A DNA stretch of 64,000 bases from Candidatus Cloacimonadales bacterium (GTDB taxonomy: Bacteria; Cloacimonadota; Cloacimonadia; Cloacimonadales; DAONDQ01), in contig OY759316.1 in assembly GCA_963662275.1 (NCBI GenBank), forward strand, positions 1,888,001-1,952,000. The letters run 5' to 3'. The notes beneath the pieces were generated by a model, which had not been told where the DNA came from, did no database searches, and worked only from the letters and a program-made list of their open reading frames with translations. Made by a program: the position numbers and the translations under genes. Shown here piece by piece: positions 49,101 to 59,206 of the stretch (position 1 is the first letter of the stretch; every line of letters begins with the position of its first letter).

Positions 49101-51050
49101 CCTGTAATTTCTTGTTCCAAAATTCATTGCAGGGGTAATTAGCAGATATTCGCCTGAATTTGCAGCCACAGCTAATGCATCACCATTACTGTTGTATCCT
49201 GTACCATTCCGATTCCAAGGATCTTCACCTCTTACAACAATTTGAGACCAGTGAGTCGGTGCAGGTGGATCCCCTTGCCAATCTGCTTCAAAATTTTGTA
49301 AATAGGGAAAGCTGGTTATAGCGTAGCTATCCGTTGTGACACTTACTGTTGGAACTGCTCCATCATTTTTATAATTTATCAGGATTCCATAATTTGTATA
49401 CGGATATATACGAAAATCATAAGCAGTTGAAGTCGAGATTCCTGTAAATGTGTAGGTATTTGTACCGGCTGTATGGCTTACATTGACTGCTGCATTATTA
49501 TTAGACCAATTGCTGTCATCAGCAACCGGAATCCCGTCTGTAACAGCTGCATAAGACCCGGATCCTTTTTTGGCTAATATCAGGTATTGTATTGGCAACT
49601 GAGTCCCTTCGGAACCCGTCCATGTAAGGGTAATTGAATCTGTACCATGACTCGGAGAGGTAAAATTGGTTGGATAATTAGTTGGCTCTGGTTCAATCGT
49701 TTCCGGAGGTCCGCTAACATCGTCTATATGAAGATAAAGCATGTTGGTTGAGATTGCTTGAAATGCGAGATACACATTCTGTCCGGTATAATCGGACAGA
49801 TCATAAGAATACAATGTATAAGTATTTCCCGGTGCGATTGAACTGGCAAGAGTAACTGTAAAAGCACTGGTTTGGTTCGTTGTTGTAGATAACTTCACAT
49901 TAAATCTGTCTGAATAATTTGAACTACGGTTTCTTGCCCAAAAAGAAAAAGTGTGGCTTGCTGCAGTAGGTGCTAATTTGGGTGTAATTAACCAATCATC
50001 ATGTGCGACAGACGAATCATATCTGATCGTAGCTGAACCGTTTCCTGTGTGAGAGTAATCTTCTACTCGTTCCCAAGTGTTTCCATCCCCTCCATTATAA
50101 ACTGTCCACCCTATTGGAGGAAATGTCGTGCCTTCAAATCCTTCGGATAAATTTTCCCGAACGACTGTGATAGAAGCACTCGGAATCGGAGTTGAAGTTT
50201 TGTAGTCGATGATTGAGCCATAATTAGTATAAGGATAGATGACAAAAGTGTAGAGTGAACCAATTGATACTCCAGTAAAAGTATATGTATTAGTTCCTGA
50301 ACTGTGCTGAACATTCTTGGAAACATTCAAATCTGACCAGCCAGTATCATCAGGAACAGGGATTCCATCAGCAACACCTGCATAAGAACCTGTGTCTTTT
50401 TTTCCTAGAATCAGGTAATTTCCGGGAATCTGAACACCTGTAGATCCTGTCCAGGTCAAGATGATTGAATCACTACCACTTTGGCTTGCAGAAAAGTTTG
50501 TTACATGGTTACTTGGTTCGCCTTCAATATATAGAGGAGGTCCACTAACATCATCAATAAACAATATCCACTCATCAGTTGAGATAGCCTGGATTGCAAT
50601 GTAAACACTCTGTCCCACATAGGCATTTAAATCGAATGAATAATGCTCAAATAGGGTTCCAGGTACCAGATTACTGCCCAGGGTCACAGTGAAGTTAGAT
50701 ACTTCTTTACCTGTTGTTGAGAGTACTACATTGAATGCATCAGGATAATCGGTGCTATGGTTAGCAGCCCAAAAACTATACGTGTGACTGGCAGAAGTAG
50801 GAGAAAGTTTGGGAGTAATCAGCCAATCATCATGTGCAGATGTTGTGAAATTAATAGCCGCGCTATAGGATCCGGTTCTACAAAACGTATTTGAGCGTAA
50901 CCAGGTATCGGAATCTCCACCGTTGATGACAGACCATCCTGCTGGAGGAAAAGTAGTTCCCTCAAAGCCTTCAGATAAGTTTACTGAATACAGCAGTGTA
51001 AAAAAGCCCGATAATAAGAATATGGATATAAGAAATACATCCTTTTTCAT
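46122..51050 (-). CDS. Large secreted protein, same architecture as gene D (gene E)
   Basis: Colinear with D; ends MFYKVKAVR. Confidence 0.85.
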   Translation of the reverse strand: MKKDVFLISIFLLSGFFTLLYSVNLSEGFEGTTFPPAGWSVINGGDSDTWLRSNTFCRTGSYSAAINFTTSAHDDWLITPKLSPTSASHTYSFWAANHSTDYPDAFNVVLSTTGKEVSNFTVTLGSNLVPGTLFEHYSFDLNAYVGQSVYIAIQAISTDEWILFIDDVSGPPLYIEGEPSNHVTNFSASQSGSDSIILTWTGSTGVQIPGNYLILGKKDTGSYAGVADGIPVPDDTGWSDLNVSKNVQHSSGTNTYTFTGVSIGSLYTFVIYPYTNYGSIIDYKTSTPIPSASITVVRENLSEGFEGTTFPPIGWTVYNGGDGNTWERVEDYSHTGNGSATIRYDSSVAHDDWLITPKLAPTAASHTFSFWARNRSSNYSDRFNVKLSTTTNQTSAFTVTLASSIAPGNTYTLYSYDLSDYTGQNVYLAFQAISTNMLYLHIDDVSGPPETIEPEPTNYPTNFTSPSHGTDSITLTWTGSEGTQLPIQYLILAKKGSGSYAAVTDGIPVADDSNWSNNNAAVNVSHTAGTNTYTFTGISTSTAYDFRIYPYTNYGILINYKNDGAVPTVSVTTDSYAITSFPYLQNFEADWQGDPPAPTHWSQIVVRGEDPWNRNGTGYNSNGDALAVAANSGEYLLITPAMNFGTRNYRLKFWLKGGSNGGSGLRVQISDNNTDPWSFTSLAQYWNGSTMPTVWTQITLDLSAYEGIKYLGFRNYDNSGFPYQVDDVLIEEIPPNPAVCVSPANAANAVIVSSSLNWSDGGGFTNGYKLNFGTDGNGTTPPTSVANNLDMGTNLTYSLTAHMAFNTTYYWQVIPYNSGGNASNCPIWSFTTHSAPDGIPGNALDFDGSNDYVAGTGISPSLTAFTIETWVNHNSLNGTVQRYITLQPEMAVLRYDGTIYGEYNSLHFYIKKASGSLYGFRADSVLVTGEWMHIAGTYDGTNLKLYVNGLLVKSAVTTGGLYPPSGNYTFSSSGETFNGKMDEMRIWNYARSQAQIRENMHLSLTGMETGLLNYWQFNESTGTNVLDVISNCNGTMNNMTNEDWLGSTVPFGSGVSNTQTETAGVVTFTNTNLSMNYTIHNSASITVNKINTSPNIIPTGMDEVFDNQYWVVHRYGTGSFNGTMTLTVSEDLTADDQAHPNQIRLYSRQRNTDGNWNVIKTATSVNEALNQATFSGISECSQFLVCRNYPAISNLNGTALSFDGVNDYVNLGNSSSFNTGDYITIEAWIKPNSLAGRSGIFSTRLNNQAGSFQLEVGIGSGGTGRVAVSGVGRWFAQTGDNAISTGEWVHIAYTRAGVGPGSGGGIQHIYINGVSQIMSDDNSFSFVSNTSDKVIGSGTSGGQLFNGAMDEIRVWNVARTEDQIRQNMYIPLTGTETGLISYWQCNEASGTILNDYVRLINGTMMNMGNDSWTTSVFPFSSGVSNSQYEATGTVDFTGTGLSSFFTSTTWGRFTVSKLSNGPNVVPTGIDTVFNNQYWVVNRYGSGSFSANQTCTINEDIYPSEESNPGNIKLYTRSSTSSGGWTLLASASSVNAADNQVTFDSISTVGQFILVRQNPLSVDIPQNITLELEGSNPKLSWDTVSGATSYKIFSCNSPNGTFVEATSSGTFSRNIDKGMKSRATWISSTVGIDRMFYKVKAVR

Positions 51051-51194
51051 ACATATCTCCTTGTTTAGATATAATGCAATTCTAATTTTTGTAGCATTAA
51101 ACCTTATTACTTCGGATATTCCTTGAAATCTATTGCTATGAGAGCAACGATAACAAAGAGATTAATACAAATTCATGTATCTTCAAATCTATCT

Positions 51195-51372
51195 GTTGAG
51201 CAGGTTACCGTTCCTGCTGAATTTCATTGTAAGTCCAGGTTCATCTTGATGCAATTTCTCGCATTCGACTTCGCTCAATGACCGTGAACTCACCCTGAAC
51301 ACTTAATAGAACCCCCTACCCCCCTTCTCAAGGGGGGAGGGAATCGGTGCTCTAATCTTCTAATTCTTAATT
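51195..51372. repeat. Intergenic REP/hairpin mosaic (E-F gap)
   Basis: AGCAGG..CCGTTCCTGCT, CATTCGACTTCGCTCAATG, CCCCCCTT/AAGGGGGG hairpin and TTCTTAA tract. Confidence 0.7.
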
Positions 51373-54300
51373 CTACCTGACTGCCTTCACATAGTAGAAC
51401 ATCCTATCGTTTCCTGCAGTACTCGAAATCCAGGTAGCTCTACTCTTCATACCTTTATCATTCGTTCTACTGGAAGTACCGGATGAAGTGATTTCTACAA
51501 ATGTACCGTTTGGGGTGCTACATGAATAGACATGATAAGATGTTGCTGTACTAACTGTATCCCAACTAAGTTTAGGGTGAGAACCTACAAGATCTAAAGT
51601 GATGTTTTGGGGTGTATCAACTGATAAAGGATTCTGACGGACAATGATAAATTGACCTACAGCGGTGATTGATACAAAGGTTGCTGTGTTGTTGGCTGCA
51701 TTCACAGAGCTTGCAGAAGCCAGCAATGTCCATCCACCTGATGATGTCTTTGATCGCTTATAAAGTTTGAAGTTTGCAGGATCGGCTTCTTCATCAGGAT
51801 AAATGTCTTCGCTGATCGTAAAAGTAAGGCTCGCAGAGAAACTCCCTGAACCATAGCGATTCACGACCCAATACTGATTATCAAAAACTTCATTTACGCC
51901 AGTTGGAACCAGGTTAGGATTGGTGTTTAATTTGGCAACTGTAACGGAAGCTGAATTATGGGCTGTGTAATTCATGGATAAATTTGTCCCTGTAAAGGTG
52001 ACCAAACCTGTGGCTTCTGTGTGTGTGTTGCTTACACCGCTGCCAAAAGGTATCGACGAGGCTACCCAGTCCGCATCCGTCATATTGTTCATTGTTCCGT
52101 CGCATGCACCGATAACATCAGGGACAGTAGTTCCGGATGTTTCATTAAATTGCCAGTAATGAAGCAAACCTGGTGCCGTGCCGGATTGACTGAGATACAT
52201 GTTTTCCCGAATCTGCTGTTGGGTTCTTGCGTAATTCCAGATATGCACTTCGTCCAATTTACCATCCAACGTTTCACCAGATGCACTTAAACTATAGACT
52301 CCTGAGGGTGCATACAAGCCTGCTCCGGCGGAGACTGCGCTTTTAACTAAAATTCCATTAACATATAGTTTCAGATTCGTGCCATCATATGTACCGGCTA
52401 TGTGCATCCATTCTCCGGTTACCAATACGCTGTCTGCCCTGACGCCTAATCCAGAGCCATTGGCTTTTTTAATGTAGAAATGCAGGGAACGGTAACCGCC
52501 GTATATTGTTCCGTCATAACGTAGTACTGCCATTTCAGGTGCTAACGTAACATATCTTTGCACAGTTCCGTTCAGGCTGTTATGATATACCCATGTCTCT
52601 ATGGTAAAAGCACTGAGAGCAGTGTTGATTCCTGTCCCGGTGACATTGTCACCAGTGCCATCGAACTCCAGGCAATTACCGGCAATCGCTTCCGGTCCTG
52701 TGGTGGTAAAAGACCAGATAGGGCAATTGGCAGCGTTGCCCCCAGCGTTGTAGGGGACTATCTGCCAATAATAGACTGTATTGGGAGTCAACTTGGTTGT
52801 GCAATAATAATTGAGGTTTGCACCCATATTCAGATTATTGACCAAGTTGGTCGGTGTGGTGGTGCCGTTGCCGTTCGTGCCCAAATACAGCCTGTAGGCA
52901 TCGGAATTGTCGCTTCCGGCAGCCCAGGTCAGGGTCGGGTGCAGGTTAATATCTGTTGCGATATCGACAGGGTCAACCGGGGTCGCTGGTTCAGGCGGTA
53001 CAACTTCCGAAGCAAAGTGAGGTCCGCTGACATCATCGATAAGCAATTTCTGCCCACCTTGTGTAATAGCCTGTATTGCCACATACACCGCTTGTCCAAT
53101 ATACGCATTCAGGTCAAATGAGAATCGCTGGTAATTATTAATGGGAACCAGATTGCTCCCCAGAGTCACCGTGAAATCCGCTTGGGCATTTCCCGTGGTG
53201 GAAAGCTTCACATTGAATGCACCCATGTTAGTCCCGGAAAGGTTTTGCGACCAAAATTCATAGCTATGGCTGGTAGCATTGGGAGCCAATTGGGGAGAAA
53301 TCAGCCAATCATTGTGGGCAACAGTATCAGAATTCAGAGCTGTGCAGTATAGCCCCGACCTGACCCAATAATCACTTTGATACCATGCGTTACTACCTCC
53401 TCCATTGATGACAGACCAGCCGGCAGGAGGGTAACTCACACCTTCAAATCCTTCTGCAAACCACAAATTGAGAATATTTACCGAGGTTTCCGGCACCGGA
53501 GCAGTAGTTAAATAATTGATTTGCGCACCATAATTCGTATATGGATAGATTCTGATGCCACAGACATCACCCACTGAGAATCCGGACAACGTAATACTAT
53601 TAGTTCCTGCAACATGCGACACGTTTCTTGCCAGGGTGCCATCAGACCAGTTATTGTCATCGGCTACTGGAATTCCATCTGCTACGCCGGCATAGGAACT
53701 GCCGGTGTTTTTTAACTGAACCAGATAATAAAAGGGAGTTTGAGGTCCGGTGGAACCAGTCCAACTTATTGTAATGAGGTCGGCATTGATCTGGCTTGCC
53801 GTAAGGTTTGTTACATGATTGCTGGGCTCGGCTTCCCAGGCTAAGGGCGGAGCGCTGATATCATCGATATACAAACAACACTGTTCTGTAGAAATTGCTT
53901 GAATTGCCACATATACATTTTGTCCCACATAAGCACTCAGATCAAATGAATACATCTGAAAAGCAGTGCCGGGAACCAGATTGCTCCCTAAAGTCACAGT
54001 AAAGTTCGCAATTTCTCTTCCTGTAGAGGAGAGCTTGACGTTGAATGCTTCTAAATATTCTAAATCATCGTTTGCTGCCCAGAATGCGTAATTGTGGTTG
54101 GAGGCACTTGGGGCAAGTCTATGCGAAATCAGCCAGTCGTTGTGGGTATTTGCCGTATATAGTATAAATGCACTGTATGATCCGGAACGGCTACGACTGT
54201 TGGTACGTTGCCAGGTATTGGCATCTCCTCCGTTGATAACTGTCCATCCGGCAGGGGGGAAACTGCTGCCTTCGAATCCTTCGACAAACCCTCCACTGGT

Positions 54301-55188
54301 AATAGTGATTGATATTTCCGGTACGGGAGTATTAGTTAAAAAATTGATTCTTTCGCCGTAATTTGTATAGGGATAGATAATAACACTACAAACATCACCC
54401 AAGGAGAAGCCGGAAAAAGTGCAAGTATTGGTTCCCGTTGTATGCAAAACGTTTTTTGCCATGTTGCTATCAGACCAGTTGCTGTCATCGGAAACCGGAA
54501 TTCCATCGGTTACACTGGCATAGGAACCGCCTGTGTTTTTTACCATGACAAGGTATTTACCGGGTAGTTGAGTTCCTGTAGAGCCAGTCCAACTCACGGT
54601 GATTGCATCGTTGCCGTTTTGACTGGCTGAGATATTTGTTACATGGTTGCTGGGCTCGGCTTCCAATGCTAAAGATGGTCCGCTTACATCGTCAATATAC
54701 AGACTATACATGTTTGTGGAAATTGCCTGTATAGCCACATAGACAGTATGTCCAACGTAAGCATTCAGGTCAAATGAATACAGTTGAAAAGCTGTACCGG
54801 GAATTAAACTGCTCCCCAAAGTTACGTTGAAATCCGCAATTTCTTTGCCAGTAGTGGAAAGTTTTACATTGAAAGCATCGGGATACCCGGAATGATAGTT
54901 TGCTGCCCAGAAAATATAGCTGTGGTTACTGGTAGTGGGAGCAAGTTTAGGCGAAATCAGCCAATCATCGTGGGCATTTTCATAATAATTGATAGTTGTG
55001 CAGTACGTTCCGGAATGGCTACGTGCATTGGTAAGCTGCCATGTATTAGGGTCTCCTCCGTTGATAACTGTCCAGCCATCGGGGGGGAAATTGGAACCCT
55101 CGAACCCTTCGGAGAGATCTACCGCATGCATTAGGGCAAACATCCCTATCGATAAGGTCAGCAATAACAATAATATGACTTTTTTCAT
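51373..55188 (-). CDS. Large secreted protein: 3x choice-of-anchor-J, Fn3-like, single LamG-like, FYYVKAVR domain (gene F)
   Basis: D-like architecture with one LamG module missing. Confidence 0.85.
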   Translation of the reverse strand: MKKVILLLLLTLSIGMFALMHAVDLSEGFEGSNFPPDGWTVINGGDPNTWQLTNARSHSGTYCTTINYYENAHDDWLISPKLAPTTSNHSYIFWAANYHSGYPDAFNVKLSTTGKEIADFNVTLGSSLIPGTAFQLYSFDLNAYVGHTVYVAIQAISTNMYSLYIDDVSGPSLALEAEPSNHVTNISASQNGNDAITVSWTGSTGTQLPGKYLVMVKNTGGSYASVTDGIPVSDDSNWSDSNMAKNVLHTTGTNTCTFSGFSLGDVCSVIIYPYTNYGERINFLTNTPVPEISITITSGGFVEGFEGSSFPPAGWTVINGGDANTWQRTNSRSRSGSYSAFILYTANTHNDWLISHRLAPSASNHNYAFWAANDDLEYLEAFNVKLSSTGREIANFTVTLGSNLVPGTAFQMYSFDLSAYVGQNVYVAIQAISTEQCCLYIDDISAPPLAWEAEPSNHVTNLTASQINADLITISWTGSTGPQTPFYYLVQLKNTGSSYAGVADGIPVADDNNWSDGTLARNVSHVAGTNSITLSGFSVGDVCGIRIYPYTNYGAQINYLTTAPVPETSVNILNLWFAEGFEGVSYPPAGWSVINGGGSNAWYQSDYWVRSGLYCTALNSDTVAHNDWLISPQLAPNATSHSYEFWSQNLSGTNMGAFNVKLSTTGNAQADFTVTLGSNLVPINNYQRFSFDLNAYIGQAVYVAIQAITQGGQKLLIDDVSGPHFASEVVPPEPATPVDPVDIATDINLHPTLTWAAGSDNSDAYRLYLGTNGNGTTTPTNLVNNLNMGANLNYYCTTKLTPNTVYYWQIVPYNAGGNAANCPIWSFTTTGPEAIAGNCLEFDGTGDNVTGTGINTALSAFTIETWVYHNSLNGTVQRYVTLAPEMAVLRYDGTIYGGYRSLHFYIKKANGSGLGVRADSVLVTGEWMHIAGTYDGTNLKLYVNGILVKSAVSAGAGLYAPSGVYSLSASGETLDGKLDEVHIWNYARTQQQIRENMYLSQSGTAPGLLHYWQFNETSGTTVPDVIGACDGTMNNMTDADWVASSIPFGSGVSNTHTEATGLVTFTGTNLSMNYTAHNSASVTVAKLNTNPNLVPTGVNEVFDNQYWVVNRYGSGSFSASLTFTISEDIYPDEEADPANFKLYKRSKTSSGGWTLLASASSVNAANNTATFVSITAVGQFIIVRQNPLSVDTPQNITLDLVGSHPKLSWDTVSTATSYHVYSCSTPNGTFVEITSSGTSSRTNDKGMKSRATWISSTAGNDRMFYYVKAVR

Positions 55189-55400
55189 AACAAACTCCCT
55201 TGTAAATTACAAACAGAATATACTTGTTGGATTACTTTTACAGTATGGACTTCATAGTATAAGTAATTCAGGGAAGGCAGCTTGTCAGAACATCTTCCAA
55301 GATGCCGCTGCAAACCGTCTTCCCCCTAAATCTATCATTCACGTATTTTAACGATGCTTTCACCTAAAGGCAAATGCTCTTTACACTTGATTATATGGTT

Positions 55401-58400
55401 CTACTTTTCCAAAAGAACACCTTGGTCCGAAGCCACAACTTTATAAAACTCGTACTGTGTATCCATAGGCTCATCCCAACTGGTTCCAGGATGGCGCAAT
55501 CCGATAATAGTCCATTCATTCAATGGGGCATAGGGGTTATTGGAAGCATAAACGTTGTAAACATTGGCGTTGGGAACGGCATCCCAGGATATCCTGATAT
55601 TTCCGCCATTCTTAACGATATGCAGGTTCTGGGGTGGAGCCAATGTATCAACCTGGTTGAAGGCAAGCATGAACTGTCCGTCAACTGTGATATCGTCAGC
55701 TGTAATTGTGTTATTAGGCAGACTCTGAACATGCGCCGCACCGTATAATGTCCAGGCTCCATCAGATGAGCTTGCCCGGTGGTAAACCTTGAATTCGCCA
55801 TCAATACTTGTATAAGGGGTTATGTCTTCTTGAAGGTGAAAGGTAAGGTTGGTGCTGAAGCCCTGCGTACCATAATTATCCATTATCCAGTATTGGCGGT
55901 CAAACACAATATCCTCGACGGGTAGAAGAACATCCTGGTCGCGTATGATGGTGGCGGTGACAGGAGCTCCGTTTTGAACTGTGTAGTTTGCAGAAAGGTC
56001 CACACCAGGGAATTCAACAACTCCAACTGTTTCCAATGTGGAAAAAACAGAACCCGTTCCGAAAGGAATGCCAGAGGAAGTCCAACTAGCTCCACCAAGC
56101 AGATAATAGGTATCGGACATGTTCACTAGTGTTCCGTTATTGGAAGAAATGCCGTCTTTTAGCTTTAATCCCAAACCTTCATTGAATTGCCAATAGCTTA
56201 GAAGTCCTGATTCACTTCCTGTCAGAGGAAGATACATCGTCTCACGGATAGCTTGCTCGCTAAGAGATACTTCCCAAACCTTGACTTCATCCATCAGCCC
56301 GTTATAGAGCTGACTTCCGCTGGCTCCTGATCCAAGCAATTTGTCATCGTTGTTGGCTGTGAATGAATAATTGGCATCTGATATCAGCGTTTGTAGAACA
56401 CCGTTGACATAGATCTTATGCGTTCCAGCTCCTGGACCTGAACGGACATAAGCGATATGATTCCATTCTCCTGGTGTAATGGCATTATCACCCGTCTGAG
56501 CAACCCATGTGCTGACACCGGAAACTGCAATGCGGTTAGTTCCACCACTTCCATTTCCCACCTCAAGCTGGAATGATCCTGCCGCATTATTAAATCTAGT
56601 GGAAAATATCGCTTGCCTGCCGTTCAGGTTGGTGGGTTTAACCCATGCTTCGATAGTAACAATATTGGACAGTCCCAGGGATGAAGCATTGCCCAGATTG
56701 ATGTAATCGTCGATTCCATCAAAGTTAAGAGCAGTGCCAGCATTTGAATCTATCTGATTCGCTATTCTTGCTATCAGGAATTGACTGAAACTTCCAATGC
56801 CGGTGAAGCGTGCTTTGTTCAGTGCTTCATTTACTGAATAGGCGGAAGTGATTAGCGTCCAGTCCCCATGGGAATTGCCTTCCCTGGTAAAGAGCTTAAT
56901 TAGGTTAGGTTTACTTTGATCATTAGTGGTCAGATCTTCGTTAGGTACCAATTCCATGTTTACGTTGAAAGTTCCTGACCCATAGCGTTCAATGATCCAG
57001 TATTGGCTGTTAAAATAATCACCTGCATCTGCGGGAAGAATATTCGGTGCACAGTTCAGCTTTGTGGCAGTGATTGATGCAGTGCCATGAGTAGTGTAGC
57101 TCATAGTTAGACCTATTCCTGTAAAAACCATGGTTCCGCTACTTTCAGCCTGGGTATAGCAAACTCCGCTGCCAAAAGGAATACTTGAGCCAACCCAATC
57201 TGCGTCTGTCATACCGTTCATCGTGCCATTACAACCACCGGCTATGTCCAAAACAGAAGTTCCTGAGCTGGCATTGAACTGCCAGTGGTTCAGCAACCCG
57301 GCTTCACCACCTGTAAGAGGTAAGTGCATATTCTCACGTATTTGTGCTTCGGTACGAGCATAATTCCAGAGACGCGTTTCATCCAGTTTACCGTCTAATG
57401 TCTCTCCCCAGGAGCTTAAGCCATATGTACCAGAGGGTGGATACAGCCCACCGCTCGTTACAGTGCTTTTTACCAGACGTCCATTCACATATAATTTCAG
57501 ATTCGTACCGTCATAGGTTCCTGCTACATGCATCCACTCACCAGTCACAAGCACGCTATCTGCTCTTAAGCTAATTCCCGACCCGTTTGCTTTCTTAATA
57601 TAGAAGTGCAAAGAGCGATAGCCTCCGTAAACAGTGCCGTCATAACGCAAAACAGCAACTTCAGGCTGAAGTGTGACATATCTTTGAACAGCTCCTGGAA
57701 GGCTGTTATGGTATACCCAGGTCTCTATAGTAAATGCCGATAAGGAAGTGCTGATACCTGTGCCAGAGACATTGTCTTCAACCCCGTCAAATTCCAGGCA
57801 GTGCCCTGCGAAAGTATCGGCAGGCTTCAGTTCCTCATATGCTCCCATATCGATACGTCCATTGATAATACGGTTCCCTCCACCGAAGTCATAGATACCA
57901 ACTGTGCTTGCTGTAGTAGCAGGATCACCTGTATTGATACAGGGAGAAATGCTCTGGAGGTCAAAAGGATTCAAGCCCGAACCAACAAATAGTGGATTCG
58001 TATTCATATTATTTTCGTAAGTACCCGAATATTGTGGGTACTGTGTAAGCAAATCTGCCGATCCCCCCTGTATATCGCTATAATATATATTTGGATTACT
58101 ATGTTCTGTTACAAATACTGATATATCGAAATCCGAATTTCCATAAACAATAGAATTTCTGATGTTCGGGGCTGAACTGCTTTTGCATCTAATTCCGGAA
58201 TTCGTGTTGTTAACAATTGAACAATTCAGTAAGGTTGGATTGGCCTCACTAATTAATATGCCACCTCCATACTGGCTCATGTTAGCTGTATTATTGTAGA
58301 TAAGCAGATTTTTTAGAACAGCATTGGAATCGATGCGTATCGCCCCTCCCGCTGCTGCTGTATTGTTCTTGAACACGCAATTCATAAGATTGATTAATGA

Positions 58401-58937
58401 TTGCGGGCCGATATATATTGCTCCACCGGCACCGCCAGAAACGGTTGCCGTGTTATTTTGAAATGTGCAATTGGAGATTAGCAACTTGCTGAACATATCA
58501 ACGAAGATTGACCCTCCTCGAGAGTCGTCAATCCCTGATCCGTCAGCTTTTCCGTATTCCAATGTACAATAGACGATTTTTGAGGAATCATTTGCTGCCG
58601 GTGTATTATCAAATATGATTCGATTCCAGCCGGTAGTATGATCATTATTAGTAAAAGTGATCAAGTTGGATGCATTGCCTACTGCAAGCAGTCTGCCATT
58701 CACGTTTAACGAGTAATGTCCCATGAATGAGACTTTAATACCTGGATTGATGGTAAGAGTCACTCCATTATTCACTGTAACATTTCCGGTTACTCTGACT
58801 GAATCGACACTGGACCATGTTGTGTTTGCGGCTATTGTTCCTGCAAAGTCGATATACGTTGCTTGGAGCATTAGAGGAAATACCATAGTCAACATCGTAA
58901 TAAAGAACAGCAAATAAATACGTTTGTGTTTTAACAT
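55401..58937 (-). CDS. Large secreted protein: beta-helix, 2x LamG-like, divergent FYKVVA C-terminal domain (gene G)
   Basis: N-terminal half close to B/C; lacks the nidogen-like block; ends PQNL.I...ISWDAV...FYKVVASDQGVLLEK. Confidence 0.85.
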   Translation of the reverse strand: MLKHKRIYLLFFITMLTMVFPLMLQATYIDFAGTIAANTTWSSVDSVRVTGNVTVNNGVTLTINPGIKVSFMGHYSLNVNGRLLAVGNASNLITFTNNDHTTGWNRIIFDNTPAANDSSKIVYCTLEYGKADGSGIDDSRGGSIFVDMFSKLLISNCTFQNNTATVSGGAGGAIYIGPQSLINLMNCVFKNNTAAAGGAIRIDSNAVLKNLLIYNNTANMSQYGGGILISEANPTLLNCSIVNNTNSGIRCKSSSAPNIRNSIVYGNSDFDISVFVTEHSNPNIYYSDIQGGSADLLTQYPQYSGTYENNMNTNPLFVGSGLNPFDLQSISPCINTGDPATTASTVGIYDFGGGNRIINGRIDMGAYEELKPADTFAGHCLEFDGVEDNVSGTGISTSLSAFTIETWVYHNSLPGAVQRYVTLQPEVAVLRYDGTVYGGYRSLHFYIKKANGSGISLRADSVLVTGEWMHVAGTYDGTNLKLYVNGRLVKSTVTSGGLYPPSGTYGLSSWGETLDGKLDETRLWNYARTEAQIRENMHLPLTGGEAGLLNHWQFNASSGTSVLDIAGGCNGTMNGMTDADWVGSSIPFGSGVCYTQAESSGTMVFTGIGLTMSYTTHGTASITATKLNCAPNILPADAGDYFNSQYWIIERYGSGTFNVNMELVPNEDLTTNDQSKPNLIKLFTREGNSHGDWTLITSAYSVNEALNKARFTGIGSFSQFLIARIANQIDSNAGTALNFDGIDDYINLGNASSLGLSNIVTIEAWVKPTNLNGRQAIFSTRFNNAAGSFQLEVGNGSGGTNRIAVSGVSTWVAQTGDNAITPGEWNHIAYVRSGPGAGTHKIYVNGVLQTLISDANYSFTANNDDKLLGSGASGSQLYNGLMDEVKVWEVSLSEQAIRETMYLPLTGSESGLLSYWQFNEGLGLKLKDGISSNNGTLVNMSDTYYLLGGASWTSSGIPFGTGSVFSTLETVGVVEFPGVDLSANYTVQNGAPVTATIIRDQDVLLPVEDIVFDRQYWIMDNYGTQGFSTNLTFHLQEDITPYTSIDGEFKVYHRASSSDGAWTLYGAAHVQSLPNNTITADDITVDGQFMLAFNQVDTLAPPQNLHIVKNGGNIRISWDAVPNANVYNVYASNNPYAPLNEWTIIGLRHPGTSWDEPMDTQYEFYKVVASDQGVLLEK

Positions 58938-58970
58938 ATTCTCTCCTTATCTTTCATATGTATTTTCTTC

Positions 58971-59206
58971 GTAGAGTAGGACTCCGTTCCTGCTTAATCG
59001 TTGTAGAGTAGGACGCCGTTCCTGCTTTCTGCATTCGCACCTCGAACTTCGAACTTCCCCTGACTCCGTTCCTGTTTTATGATTTCTTGCAGAGCAGATG
59101 TTGAAATCTGATCAACCACCACCGACATTTCGATACTGCTCAATGAATGAAATTCGGCTTACCTTCTGCTCTGCAATTCTTAATTCTTAATTCTTAATTC
59201 TTAATT
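58971..59206. repeat. Intergenic REP/hairpin mosaic (G-H gap)
   Basis: Two GTAG REPs (58971, 59003); perfect 12-bp inverted repeat 59087-59098/59165-59176; (TTCTTAA)x4. Confidence 0.85.

Noticed and set aside
31344..59206. Integron cassette array with attC sites
   Set aside because: No integron integrase in the window, no convincing RYYYAAC/GTTRRRY boxes in the elements, and the genes are far larger than typical cassettes.
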